Part shown: positions 13,515 to 25,600 of the stretch, piece by piece
How positions within the stretch are numbered: the stretch's first letter is position 1
Layout: every line of letters starts with the position of its first letter
NCBI GenBank assembly: GCA_043228905.1
Contig: JBHGNT010000002.1
Coordinates: 1,426,001-1,490,000, forward strand
DNA from: Azolla caroliniana
Lineage: Eukaryota > Plantae > Polypodiophyta
DNA: 64,000 nucleotides
Reading direction: 5' to 3'
Translations under genes and position numbers: made by a program
The notes under the pieces: generated by a model
What the model was told of the DNA's origin: nothing
Databases searched by the model: none
What the model saw: the letters and a program-made list of their open reading frames with translations, nothing else

Positions 13515-13884
13515 TTTGAACCATTGCTTCCATACAACTTAGTTCACACATACTTATTTTTGAGATGAAACATTGGGGCCCAAGTGATAAGAGTAGTCAA
13601 CTATGCACATTTTGCCCAAACAAGTTCAGAGTATCACATTTTGATACAATGCTTGGACATTGATCACATTTGACTATGCTTCCACACATCTTCAACCAAA
13701 CCCAATTCTTGCATAAATCTCTCTCACGTCACTATGCACTCTCTCAATTGTGACATTTAGTGAATTCTTGATCATGAAGAGTTGTTATTCACTTTTACAT
13801 GTATTATATGAAACCATCATGTTTTTGGTCTCATAGGACATATTTGACCTTTGAAGGCAATCATAAAATCTATCTATCTATCTA
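13515..13884 (+). mobile_element. 3' fragment of a second, older RTE-like LINE
   Basis: Residual SHIL..E..HWG..LCTFCPKQV..EYHILIQC zinc-finger end; 3'UTR GGTCTCATAG resembles GGTCCCATAG of the adjacent LINE; (TCTA)n tail ending ~13884. Confidence 0.6.
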
Positions 13885-14280
13885 AACAAATATATGATCA
13901 ATCTTTCTCTCATGTTCTCTTGCTTAATTGCAAATTCTTGTATTTATGGCAAGAGGAGATTTTGTTTTTGAATGTCCTTTGTAAAGGTGGAAAAGTTTTT
14001 TCTTTCGTGCTTATATCTTTTTTGTAATATATGCGAACCTCTCACATCAATCATTCTCATTAGCCTTTTTTTGCTTTATGACAATTATATCTTCCTATCT
14101 AGATACATGCGTACAACATCTACACTTGCAAACACATTAGGTCAATCTCTTGTAGAAATGTTTTGCCATCATGCTCATAGCTTTCTTTGTAGTGGAAGAT
14201 TTTTTTTTTCATGCTTACATGTTTTCTTTATTGCATTACATAGAAAAGATAAAAAACATTCAAAATAGATATGTCCTATG

Positions 14281-17200
14281 TGTTGGGATTACGGTCCCTT
14301 CGGATGGGATGGTCGGATATCGGAGATGAATGCCGACAAGCCCGGTTTCGGTTTCGGATCCGGATGACGAAGACCCCGGTTTCGGTACCGGATGACGAAT
14401 GTACCCAGAGAGCGATCCGGATGCAGGGACATATCCGTGAATATGTTCGCTATGGGCCCCTGAGGCTACAGTTGTAAATAGCCCAAAGTCATATAAGTAT
14501 AAATATGACTTAGGGCAAACAGTTTTACTGTTGCTTCTCATTTTTTTTGTTTTTCCACTTTAGAGGAGTGAAGAGAGAGCAGCCGTGAGAGAGATAGAGC
14601 GCGAGAGAGGAAGAGGTAGACGCCTCTATGTATTTCCGCCGCCTGTGGCGAGGACAGCGAGCTCAAGGTCGTCGCCTTGCAGCTCGCCATTGTATACTTC
14701 TCTGTATAGTGTTGGTTTGGAGTCTTGTACTCCCGTGGTTTTTCCCGTCTAGGGTTTTCCACGTTAATCCCTGTGTACTCGCGTTTTTTTGTTTCTCCGT
14801 GTGGTTCCTATTTTCTGCTCCATCGATTCGCGCTTACTCGGTTGTGGCAGAGTGAAGAAGGTGAATAGAAGGGTCTATTCCTTGCAAACTGGTATCAGAG
14901 CGAACTGCTGCAGAAAATGGAAGGCGGCGGCAGCGGGCAGCCGGGGATGATGGTGCTGAATGCACAGAATTACGCCGACTGGAAGATCAAGATGGAGGAT
15001 CTTCTGATTGTTCGGGACCTGTACGAACTGATTGACAGGTCGGAAATACCGAAGGGGGTACTTGAGTCGGAATGGAGGCTTCTAAACCGGAAAGCCGTTG
15101 CAACCATTCGGCAATACGTCGACGTGAGCGTTCTACAACATGTGGCGAACGACACCAACGCATATGAGATGTGGCGGAAGCTGTCGGGCCTCTATGAGAG
15201 GAAGAATGCGTTGAACCGAACCTCCCTGATGAGGAAGATAGTGAATCTCAAGTACCGGGATGGCGAGAGTATGGTGGAACACGTAAGCACGTTCATGGGA
15301 TTCGTGAATCAGCTTGCGGCGATCAAGTTCCCGTTGGAGGATGCAATGCAAGCCATCATCCTGATGTGTACATTGCCGGAAAGCTGGGAGAACTTGGTGG
15401 TAACTCTCAGCACCTCCTGCGCCGAAGATAACTTGTCCTTACAAACGGTAAAGACAAGTATTTTGAATGAAGAAGCGCGTCGGAGAGATAAGGAACCGGC
15501 CTCCGACCCGAAGATGTTGTTTACCGAATCCGATCGGGGAAGACAATGGAACCGGAGTCCGCAAAGACGGGAGAAGTCGGGGACCCGGTCGCAGTCAAGA
15601 GGAAGGCCCACATGCTTCCACTGTGGGAAGCCCGGGCACTTCCGAAAGAATTGTCGGCATTACCGAAAGGACAATGGAACCGACAACACCGATTCGAAGA
15701 AGTCACCGGAGAGAAACGGTGCATACCGGGGAGCCACGGACCGAAATGGTTCGGATCGGCGAGGACAGGACCGGAAAGGAACGACGACACTCGCGGCAAG
15801 TGAAGAGGAGATCATGCTCATCACCGAAGAAGGTGAACTAAACATTGCCGGCGATGAGACGACCTGGGTGGTCGATTCCGGAGCATCGTTCCACCTGACC
15901 CCGGAGAGAAGATACTTCTCATCCTACACAGCCGGCGAGCATGGCTGTGTTCGGATGGGAAATGAAGGTACGTGCCGGATTGCCGGCATAGGAGACGTGT
16001 GGTTGACAACCCCGACCGGATGCAAAATGCTGCTGAAGAATGTCCGACACGTTCCGGAGGTCCGACTGAACCTGATTTCGGCCGGGAGGCTAGATGATGA
16101 AGGCTACACGGGTAGCATCCGGAACGGTGTCATGAAGTTCAGCAAGGGGAGCTTGATAGTGGCTCGGGCCCGGAAGGTCAACACACTGTACCTGATGAAT
16201 GCCCGGTTATGTCCGGAAGAGCTGAATGTGGCAGCCGACACTGCCGGTGAGCTGTGGCACAAAAGACTGTGTCACATGAGTGAGAAGGGGATGAAGAGGC
16301 TTGCAGAAGACAACCTTATTCCAGTGAAGCATGTGCACCTGGAGAAGTGCACCGATTGCCTGGCCGGTAAGCAGAACCGAACCTCCTTCCACTCAAGGCC
16401 ACCGACGAGACGTAGCGCACCATTGGAGTTGGTGCACACTGATGTGTGTCAGGTAGAAACGAAGTCACATGGCGGAGCCCAGTACTTCGTAACATTCATT
16501 GATGATCACAGCCGGAAGTTGTGGACGGCACCGCTGAAGACAAAGGACCAAGTGTTGTGCGTCTTCAAAGAACTCCACGCGAGAGTGGAAAGGGAATCCG
16601 GCAAGAAGCTGAAAGCGATACGAGCGGATAACGGAGGGGAATACCGGGGGCAGTTCCAGGAGTACTGTCGCTCGAAGGGAATCCGGCTCGAGTTTACTGT
16701 GCCGAAGACGCCGGAACTAAACGGGCTGGCCGAGAGGATGAACCGGACCATAATGGAGAGGGTCCGGAGTATGCTGGCGCATGCGAAATTACCCAAGGGG
16801 TTTTGGGCTGAGGCAATGTCGACGGCGACATACGTGATAAACAGATCACCCTCAGTACCTTTGGACGGAGACACGCCGCAGAAAGTGTGGACCGGTAAGG
16901 AAGTGTCCTACCGGCATCTGAAGGTGTTCGGGTGTCTCGCATACGTGCATGTGGCAAAGGACCGGAGAGGAAAGCTAGATCCAAAGACCCGGCCATGCAT
17001 ATTCCTCGGTTACGGCGACGACGAGTTCGGCTACCGAGTATGGGACCCGGTTGACAAGAAGATATTCAGGAGTCGAGACATCATCTTCATGGAGGACAAG
17101 ACACTCGCCGACTGGGAGTCGGAGAAGAAGATGAAGAGCTCCAAGTCAACTGGTGAGGATAAACTCTACGAGGAGCAGTCCCGACCGGCAAGGGACCGGT

Positions 17201-19606
17201 TAGCACTCGAGGATCCGGCCGAAGACGGTGAAGAAACCGAACCGGCCGAAGAAGACGAAAATGATACCAGAACCGGCCCCGATCCCGAAATGGATTCGGA
17301 TGAAGAAGAATCGGAAGAACCGGTTACCGAAGCTCCGGAACGGAGATATCCTCTAAGAGAGAGAAGGCCCCCCCGGAGATTTCCGGAACCAGAGCACGTG
17401 CTGCTAACCGACGAGGGGGAGCCGGAGAGCTTTGAAGAAGCAAAGCATGACACCCAGAGCCGCAGGTGGTTGAGTGCCATGCAGGACGAGATGGATTCCC
17501 TGCATGAGAACCACACATATGAACTTGTGGAGTTGCCGAAAGGAAAGCGGGCACTTCGAAACAAGTGGGTGTTCAAGCTGAAACCGGGAGATGCCGGAAA
17601 CCCCCCGAGATACAAAGCCAGGATCGTGGTGAAGGGGTTTCAGCAGAAGAAGGGCGTCGACTTCGACGAGATATTTGCTCCGGTAGTGAAGATGACCTCC
17701 ATCCGGACGGTGCTGAGCATAGCGGCAAGCATGGACCTCGAGGTAGAACAGATGGACGTGAAGACGACATTCCTTCATGGTGACCTCGATGAAGAGATCT
17801 ACATGCAGCAACCGGAAGGATTCGAGAAGAAAGGGAAGGAGCACCTGGTATGCCGGTTGAAGAAGAGCCTTTACGGACTGAAGCAGGCTCCCCGGCAATG
17901 GTACCGGAAGTTCGACTCCTTCATGACCGACGAAGGGTACCTCAAAACGCAGTCCGACCACTGCGTGTTTGTGAAGAAGTTCGAAGAAGGAGACTCTCTA
18001 ATACTCCTCCTGTACGTGGACGACATGTTGATCGTCGGACGGGATCAGGTCAAGATACGGATGCTGAAGAAGGCTCTTCACCGAACCTTCTCAATGAAGG
18101 ACCTGGGTCCGGCGAGGCAAATACTAGGGATGCACATCATCCGGGACCGGAAGAAGAAGCAGTTGTGGCTGTCACAGGAGAAGTACGTGACGAAGGTGCT
18201 TCACCGGTTCAACATGTCGGAAGCAAGACTGGTCGGATCGACCCTCCCGACAAACTGCAAGCTGTCCAGCAAGCAAAGTCCCAAGACAAAGGCTGAAAAG
18301 GAGGATATGATGAAAGTACCGTATGCCTCAGCTGTCGGGAGCTTGATGTACGCCATGGTGTGTACGAGACCGGACATCGGATATGCAGTCGGAGTGGTGA
18401 GCCGGTACATGAGCAATCCCGGCAAAGAGCATTGGAACGCGGCCAAGTGGATACTCCGATACCTGAAGGGCACGGCAAACGTGTGCCTCCGATTCGGCTC
18501 CGGAAAGCCCGAACTCGACGGCTTTACCGATTCGGATATGTCGGCTGATGCAGATACCAACCGGTCCACATCAGGGTATGTGATGACGTATGCAGGGGGA
18601 GCTGTTTCCTGGCAGTCGAGGCTGCAGAAGACGGTTGCGTTGTCAACCACGGAGGCGGAGTACATGGCGGCTGTTGAAGCCGGCAAGGAAATAATATGGA
18701 TGAAGGACTTCATTAGAGAGCTCGGTATCCAACAGGAGGAGTACCGACTCTACTGCGACAGTCAGAGTGCAATCCACCTTGCGAAGAACGCGGCCTATCA
18801 CTCCCGGACGAAGCACATCCAGCGAAGATATCACTGGATCCGGGAAAGGATAGAAGACAAGGAGTTCGTGCTGACAAAGATCCACACGGACGAGAACGGG
18901 TCGGATATGCTGACCAAGGTGCTCACACCCGACAAGCTGGAAGCATGCCGGAAGAGGATCGGATTGGAGAGACATCCCATGCCGAAGTGAAGGGGGAGTT
19001 TGTTGGGATTACGGTCCCTTCGGATGGGATGGTCGGATATCGGAGATGAATGCCGACAAGCCCGGTTTCGGTTTCGGATCCGGATGACGAAGACCCCGGT
19101 TTCGGTACCGGATGACGAATGTACCCGGAGAGCGATCCGGATGCAGGGACATATCCGTGAATATGTTCGCTATGGGCCCCTGAGGCTACAGTTGTAAATA
19201 GCCCAAAGTCATATAAGTATAAATATGACTTAGGGCAAACAGTTTTACTGTTGCTTCTCATTTTTTTTGTTTTTCCACTTTAGAGGAGTGAAGAGAGAGC
19301 AGCCGTGAGAGAGATAGAGCGCGAGAGAGGAAGAGGTAGACGCCTCTGTGTATTTCCGCCGCCTGTGGCGAGGACAGCGAGCTCAAGGTCGTCGCCTTGC
19401 AGCTCGCCATTGTATACTTCTCTGTATAGTGTTGGTTTGGAGTCTTGTACTCCCGTGGTTTTTCCCGTCTAGGGTTTTCCACGTTAATCCCTGTGTACTC
19501 GCGTTTTTTTGTTTCTCCGTGTGGTTCCTATTTTCTGCTCCATCGATTCGCGCTTACTCGGTTGTGGCAGAGTGAAGAAGGTGAATAGAAGGGTCTATTC
19601 CTTGCA
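14281..19606 (+). mobile_element. Copia A: intact Ty1/copia (Tnt1/Tork-like) LTR retrotransposon
   Basis: 606-bp TG...CA LTRs at 14281-14886 and 19001-19606 with 2 differences seen; TSD CTATG on both sides; PBS TGGTATCAGAGC (tRNA-iMet) at 14890; PPT AGGGGGAG before the 3' LTR. Confidence 0.97.
14917..18990 (+). CDS. Copia A Gag-Pol polyprotein (1357 aa, uninterrupted)
   Basis: CFHCGKPGHFRKNC knuckle, WVVDSGASFH protease, HHCC plus VHTD..RADNGGEY..AERMNRT integrase, LLLYVDDML RT, FTDSD..STTEAEY..DSQSA RNase H, in copia order. Confidence 0.97.
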   Translation: MEGGGSGQPGMMVLNAQNYADWKIKMEDLLIVRDLYELIDRSEIPKGVLESEWRLLNRKAVATIRQYVDVSVLQHVANDTNAYEMWRKLSGLYERKNALNRTSLMRKIVNLKYRDGESMVEHVSTFMGFVNQLAAIKFPLEDAMQAIILMCTLPESWENLVVTLSTSCAEDNLSLQTVKTSILNEEARRRDKEPASDPKMLFTESDRGRQWNRSPQRREKSGTRSQSRGRPTCFHCGKPGHFRKNCRHYRKDNGTDNTDSKKSPERNGAYRGATDRNGSDRRGQDRKGTTTLAASEEEIMLITEEGELNIAGDETTWVVDSGASFHLTPERRYFSSYTAGEHGCVRMGNEGTCRIAGIGDVWLTTPTGCKMLLKNVRHVPEVRLNLISAGRLDDEGYTGSIRNGVMKFSKGSLIVARARKVNTLYLMNARLCPEELNVAADTAGELWHKRLCHMSEKGMKRLAEDNLIPVKHVHLEKCTDCLAGKQNRTSFHSRPPTRRSAPLELVHTDVCQVETKSHGGAQYFVTFIDDHSRKLWTAPLKTKDQVLCVFKELHARVERESGKKLKAIRADNGGEYRGQFQEYCRSKGIRLEFTVPKTPELNGLAERMNRTIMERVRSMLAHAKLPKGFWAEAMSTATYVINRSPSVPLDGDTPQKVWTGKEVSYRHLKVFGCLAYVHVAKDRRGKLDPKTRPCIFLGYGDDEFGYRVWDPVDKKIFRSRDIIFMEDKTLADWESEKKMKSSKSTGEDKLYEEQSRPARDRLALEDPAEDGEETEPAEEDENDTRTGPDPEMDSDEEESEEPVTEAPERRYPLRERRPPRRFPEPEHVLLTDEGEPESFEEAKHDTQSRRWLSAMQDEMDSLHENHTYELVELPKGKRALRNKWVFKLKPGDAGNPPRYKARIVVKGFQQKKGVDFDEIFAPVVKMTSIRTVLSIAASMDLEVEQMDVKTTFLHGDLDEEIYMQQPEGFEKKGKEHLVCRLKKSLYGLKQAPRQWYRKFDSFMTDEGYLKTQSDHCVFVKKFEEGDSLILLLYVDDMLIVGRDQVKIRMLKKALHRTFSMKDLGPARQILGMHIIRDRKKKQLWLSQEKYVTKVLHRFNMSEARLVGSTLPTNCKLSSKQSPKTKAEKEDMMKVPYASAVGSLMYAMVCTRPDIGYAVGVVSRYMSNPGKEHWNAAKWILRYLKGTANVCLRFGSGKPELDGFTDSDMSADADTNRSTSGYVMTYAGGAVSWQSRLQKTVALSTTEAEYMAAVEAGKEIIWMKDFIRELGIQQEEYRLYCDSQSAIHLAKNAAYHSRTKHIQRRYHWIRERIEDKEFVLTKIHTDENGSDMLTKVLTPDKLEACRKRIGLERHPMPK

Positions 19607-20045
19607 CTATGTGTGCACATGCGCATGCATGCATACATATATAATTCTCTCTTTCTTGCATTGGTAGTGCCTATTGTTGGCATAAAAGGCCGACTCCTTC
19701 CACTTTGAATCCTAGCGTGAACACGTCTTCTAGCTAGGGCTTGAGTATATAAGCTCAACCCTAACATTGTAAACATATATCTCGCAGTGTAAGAGTTACA
19801 AAGAGAAAGAAGAAGAAGAACTTCCATTGAACCTCGAATCTAAGTCTATTTGTTTGTTTCTCCTCTTGTCACGCATTTGTGTTGTTTGTTGTGCATCGCT
19901 CAACAGGTCCTCACATATTCTTCCGCTTATCTACACATACACTTCTCATCAAGTGGTATCAGAGAGACCTTGTTGTTCAGCGGCAACGAAAAACAGAAAA
20001 GGCTCAAAGAAAAGACCAAGCCAACGACATTCATCTTCTAGAAAA

Positions 20046-21800
20046 ATGGCGACACAATCCAACACAAATGTGGAGATCCAGAAGTTCGATGGAAAGAAAT
20101 GATGCAAGACGTGCTAATCATCCGAAGACAAGTTGAAGCCATCCGGCATAGCGAAAAGCTTGCTTCAATGTCTGTTGAAGAGTGGAAATCCATGGATGAA
20201 ATCACACACTCCACCATTCGGATGCACTTGGCTGAAAACATCTATTTCAGCATGGCCAAGGAGACAACATCATTCTCTTTGTGGGAGAAGTTACAGGTTG
20301 TATTTGAGAAGAAGTCCTCCTCTTCAAAGTTGATATTGATCTGACAGTTATTCAACATGAAGATAAGAGAGACGGATCCAACAACCTCCCACATCAACAC
20401 CTTCAGTCAGGTGTTGTCTAAAATCTCTTCCCAAGGGATCAACTTCGAAGAAGAAGTTAAGGCCCTTGCCCTCCTTTCATGTTTGCCGGCGAGTTGGGAG
20501 GTATTCTGCCCTAGGCTGAACCTGGACGAAACAATCGGCCAAGTCCTCACAGAGGACATTCGGTGAAAATCGATGGGACTCACCATCGACGAGTCGACAG
20601 AAGCCACCACTCGACTGAGTCGATCAAGCGATCGAGCCACTTGAGAGAACAAGTCAAAAGAACTGGTCGGAACACCAGTCGATCAAGAAAGAGGGGGGAT
20701 CGACAATGGTCGAAGTCTAGGAATAGTCGACCAATTGATTTCTCCACACATTGTAGAAAAATTGGTCACAACGTTTCCTACTGTTGGTCGATCAAGAGGA
20801 AGGAAAGTGGTCGGCGATTCAAGCGGAACGTAGGACGATCTGACTCGAACCATTCTCCAATCGGCAAATAAATCAATGTTGTGGACCCCCAATCAGGAGA
20901 AATCCTCTCTCTAAAGGATCCGATGATCAAAGAAGTCCTCTATAGTGCGCAAGATGAACAAGCGTGGCTACTTGACTCTGACGCCACATTTCACGTGACC
21001 GCGAATATCAAATGGTTTTCGAACTACTCGGCCAATGCTAGCGGCACAATTCGATTAGGCAACGGGCAGGAGTGCGCACTCGTAGGCTGAGGCACTGTAG
21101 ACGGTAGTTTATCTTATAAATCTATCACCGTCGAGGGCAGTGCAACTCGAAGTGCCACAAGCACTATGGTTAGGCAAATAGTTGACCTATGACAGACTTC
21201 ATATATTCGGACGCGAAGTCTATGTGTTTATCCCCAAGGAGAAAAGGACGAAGTTGGTGCCTCATGCAACAAAGTGCATATTTCTCGGTTATGGAACCGA
21301 TGGGAATTCGGCTACAGGTTGTGGGACCTAGAGAATCGGAAATTAATCCGAAGTAATGATGTAGTCTTCAATGAAGACTTGATTCTCTTTGAGCGGAACC
21401 AGCAGAAAATAGTTGGTAAAAATGTCTCCTTTGATACCGACAGAAATGTCGTAGAAGGACTGACCCATCGTGCCAAATCGAAGATTCGACAAATAGTCGA
21501 AATCGACCAAGCCAACAATAACCCTGCTGACTCTGAATTGGCAACATGTCCGCTAGTTGAAATCGATTCGATTACGAGATTGATGAAAGCTGACAAGGAC
21601 AAAGTTAAACCAACCAAGGCAAAGGTCACTTTGTCAATCACTCTTGAAAAAGAGGAGGATTACTCAACATCACCGACATCCTATTGCAGGGGTGAGTCAT
21701 CCAATAGGATTCTTGAAGACGATTCAAGTAATACCAATCGGTTGACCGACAAAAATTGGCACCTAGGAGATCCGGACGAGTCCGAAGGCCGATAGAGTTT
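20046..21800 (+). pseudogene. Copia B gag-PR-partial IN remnant
   Basis: MATQSNTNVEIQKFDG, ALLSCLPASWE, WLLDSDATFHVT, FGYRLWDLENRKLIRSNDVVFNE; many stops; integrase core deleted. Confidence 0.85.
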
Positions 21801-22575
21801 TATCAACTGGGCCTTGACTATGTTGTCGTGAAGATTTTCGTCCATAGGGGGAAACCGGGGTGGAATGGGCAAGTCAGTGGTGTGCAACATGTGGCACACG
21901 TATACTAGGAAATGGTGTATAGAAAAAAAGAGGGGAAATTTTATCCCACATTGTAAGGTCCCTCCCTCCTTGGGCTATAAAAGGAAGGGAGGGATCACTT
22001 ATGAAGGGGTTGCCTATTTTGCGTATGAGGGGTATACCACTTAATCTAGAGTTCTTACCGTTTTAGGGTTAGGGTTTCCTTATTCATCTTCGGTTAGGGT
22101 TTTCTCATAGTCATTTGGTGCGGCCCATGTGGCCACTGTTGTTGTAATCATTCGTTTGATTTAATATAACTTGTTGAGTATCTTGCCACCGTCGATCTCT
22201 CCTTCTATGTCATGGTCTTATTCTTTCCTCTTCTCCTCTTGAGCTAAGCTTCCATATCATATTTTATTCTTTCTCCTCTACTCCCTAGTCCAAGACCCCC
22301 GCGGTCTCGCCTTGGATCCTACACGTACTCGCAGAATACCACGCCATATTTGGTGAACTCGACGTGAAGAGGCAGCAAGGGAGCATGGAGATGGAAGAAG
22401 ACTTCGACTTCGAGGAGATGATGGCAAAGATCGTGATGGAAGCCGGACGGAAGATGGCGAAGCGAGATGCGGCTCAACAAGCCGTCGAAAGGGTGGTCGA
22501 TCGAGTTGGCTAGTTCAACGGGAATGAGGTCCCAAATTTTTTGAGAGCTTACAATGCCGAGATGACGGAGCGGGG

Positions 22576-22660
22576 TGTTGGAGACAAAGTCGTCTGTGCG
22601 GAAGATCAAGAAGCATTCGATTGCTGTTGAGTACCTGCGTATGACAGTTTGTAGGTCGTT

Positions 22661-22694
<34 letters not shown>

Positions 22695-25600
22695 ACAAAA
22701 GACTTTGTCTTATTCCATAAAGCAATAATACAACACCCAACCTTACAAAGAGGTTACAAGGTCACTATATATAGTGACCGACTTAGGGCAACTACCCTTT
22801 ATGCTAATTACATAAATGGCCAAAACGGGATAGTGTGAATACGTCCATTATACACATGTATTCGACACTTCCCCGTAATGGGCGTATACATGGGTTATCT
22901 AAGATTACAGGTATAGACTTAGGTTCTCGGACATATCAGCTTTGTTCGGATCGGCAGGGTCCGAAGGCAGAAGACCGAACTGGTCGGGTCGGAACAGTTG
23001 AAGCCGATCATTAAGGAACTGATGTCGGTTGTCGGGAACCATCCTGCTCTGTGTCCGGCTCTAACCGGACTGGTTTGTCGTTACGCCCATCTGATGCCGA
23101 AGAGACCGAAAACGGTCTGCCGAAAGACACTTGGTCATTCCATCTGCGACATTGTCGGTTGTGGATATTTTCTCTAGACCGATTTTCCCTGAAATGACGC
23201 AGTCCCGAACGAAGTGATATCGAACGTCGATATGTTTGGAGGCGTTGTGGTGAACCGGATTTTTCGACAAGGCAACAGCACCTTGACTGTCGCTGTAGAC
23301 AACTGGAGCCGAGTCATGGTCGACTTGTCGAAACGTGTGCGCCAGCCGACCGAGCCACAAAGCTTCTTTTGCTGCGTCGGACGCAGCTACATATTCTGCT
23401 TCGGTCGTTGAGGTCGCTGTGCACTCCTGAAGTTTCGACTTCCACGAGATTGCTCCATTGCCGAATTTGAAGCAGTATCCGGTTGTTGATTTCCGACTGT
23501 CTATACAGCCGGCGAAGTCCGAGTCGGTGTAACCGACTACGCCTGAGGTTCGGTTCGGACCGAAAAGAATGCCGTGGTCTTTTGTGCCAGCCAGATATCT
23601 GAACACATGCTTGACTGCGTTCCAATGCGATCGGCCAGGATTGTGCATAAATTTGCTAACGACTCCTACGGCGTGAGAAATATCAGGCCGTGTCGCGACC
23701 ATCAGGTACATAAGGGAGCCGACTGCCGGTGCATACGGTACCGACTTCATATCTTCCCCCTCCGGACCGGATGTCGGGCAGTCTCGCTGAGAGAGCCGAA
23801 GATTCATGGGGAGCGGGGTTGAAGCAGATTTGGCTGATTGCATGTTGAAGCGTTCTAAGACACGTCGGGTATAGTCGGTCTGAGACAAAAAAAGATGTTG
23901 TTTATCGCGATGCCGACTAATCTTCATGCCAAGGATGTGTCGTGCCGGACCGAGGTCCTTCATGGCAAACTTCAACCGCAGTTGCCGAATGAGATCGGCA
24001 AGTTCGCCCGCGTGGCGTCCAGAAATTAGCATGTCGTCCACGTAAATGATGAGGAAGATGGGTGATCCATCTTGAGCTGTGTTGGTAAAGAGACAATGGT
24101 CCTCATCGCTTTTTGAGAAGCCGATCGATTGGATGAAGTCGTTGAACTTCTTGTACCATTGTCGCGGTGCCTGTTTGAGGCCGTATAGACTCTTCCTGAG
24201 TCGGCAGACTAGATGTGCTTGGCCAGTTGCCACGAAGCCTTTTGGCTGCTCCATATAAATTTCCTCTTCAAGATCACCATGGAGGAATGCTGTTTTGACA
24301 TCTAGCTGAATCAGCTCCAAGTTGTCGGCTGCCACTACGCCGAGTAGAAAACGGAGGGTTGTCATTTTCACCACTGGTGAAAAAATCTCGTCGAAGTCGA
24401 CGCCATATTCTTGTCGGAAGCCCTTCGCAACTAATCTGGCCTTGTACTTTGGGGTGGTCGAATCAGACGTCTCTTTTAGTCGATAAACCCACTTGCAAGG
24501 AAGAGCACGTCGGTTCCTAGGTAATTCAACCAGATCCCAAGTCTTGTTTGCCCGAATGGAGTGCATTTCCGACTCCATCGCCAGATGCCAGGTGGCGGAA
24601 TCGACAGATGTCGATGCTTCTTCGTAAGACGTCGGTTCGCCGGCGTCGGTGAAGAAAATTCCAGGAGAATACCTCTCCGAAGGTTGCGACAGTCTCTCGG
24701 ATCGGCGAGGTAAGATTGGACTGGTCGCATCGGGTATCAAGGTCGGATGGTCCGAAAGCGGATTGTTCTGCTGTGCCGAGTCGGGGTTGTTCGAGTCGGT
24801 AGTGTAAGGTTCAGCTACCCGTGAAGCTGACCGTGTGTTGTGAGCGGGGCCTTCTTGAAGGGTCGGCACATCGGAAAATGTCACCCTTCGGACTTCGATC
24901 GGTTTTTCGACTGATGGATTCATAGCCGACTCGTTGAACACAACGTCCGAACTTCGAACGATTTGTCTGCGTTCGGGGTCCCAGAGTCGGTATCCCATTT
25001 CGCCGTCGGATCCATATCCAAGGAAAATGCATTTCCTGGACCGAGGTGCAAGTTTTCGGCGATCATCTTTCGGAATAAGGGCGTACGCCTCGCATCCGAA
25101 GATCCTCAGCTTGTCGTAATTCGGCTTACTGCCGATCCATAGTTCCTGAGGAATTTGAAGTCCTAGAGGTCTACTTGGCGACATATTGATTATGTGTACT
25201 GCCGTGAGTAGAGCCTCTGCCCAGAAGCCATCCGATAGTCCGGAGTGTTGGAGCATGGAAACTGTCCGTTCTTGGATTGTCCGATTCATGCGTTCGGCAA
25301 TCCCGTTTTGCTCCGGACTGTGTGGTGCCGTAAATTCACGTCGGATGCCGCGTTGTCGGCAGAATTTGACGAATTCTTCGGATTTAAACTCTCCCCCATT
25401 ATCTGTCCGAAAGCATTTCAGCTTTCGGTCGGTTTGATTTTCTACCATAGCGAGCCAATCGGTGAAGATCGAGAAGACCCGATCTTTGGTGCGAATTGGA
25501 TAAGCCCACACCTTTCGAGTCGAATCGTCAATAAAAGTGACGAAGTAAGAGGCACCGCCGAGAGACTGATGCGGCATTGGGCCACAGACGTCCGAGTGGA

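Noticed and set aside
14260-14855. Short ORFs repeated identically at 14.3-14.9 kb and 19.0-19.6 kb (likewise in other LTR pairs)
   Set aside because: They recur only because LTRs are duplicated; no recognisable protein features.
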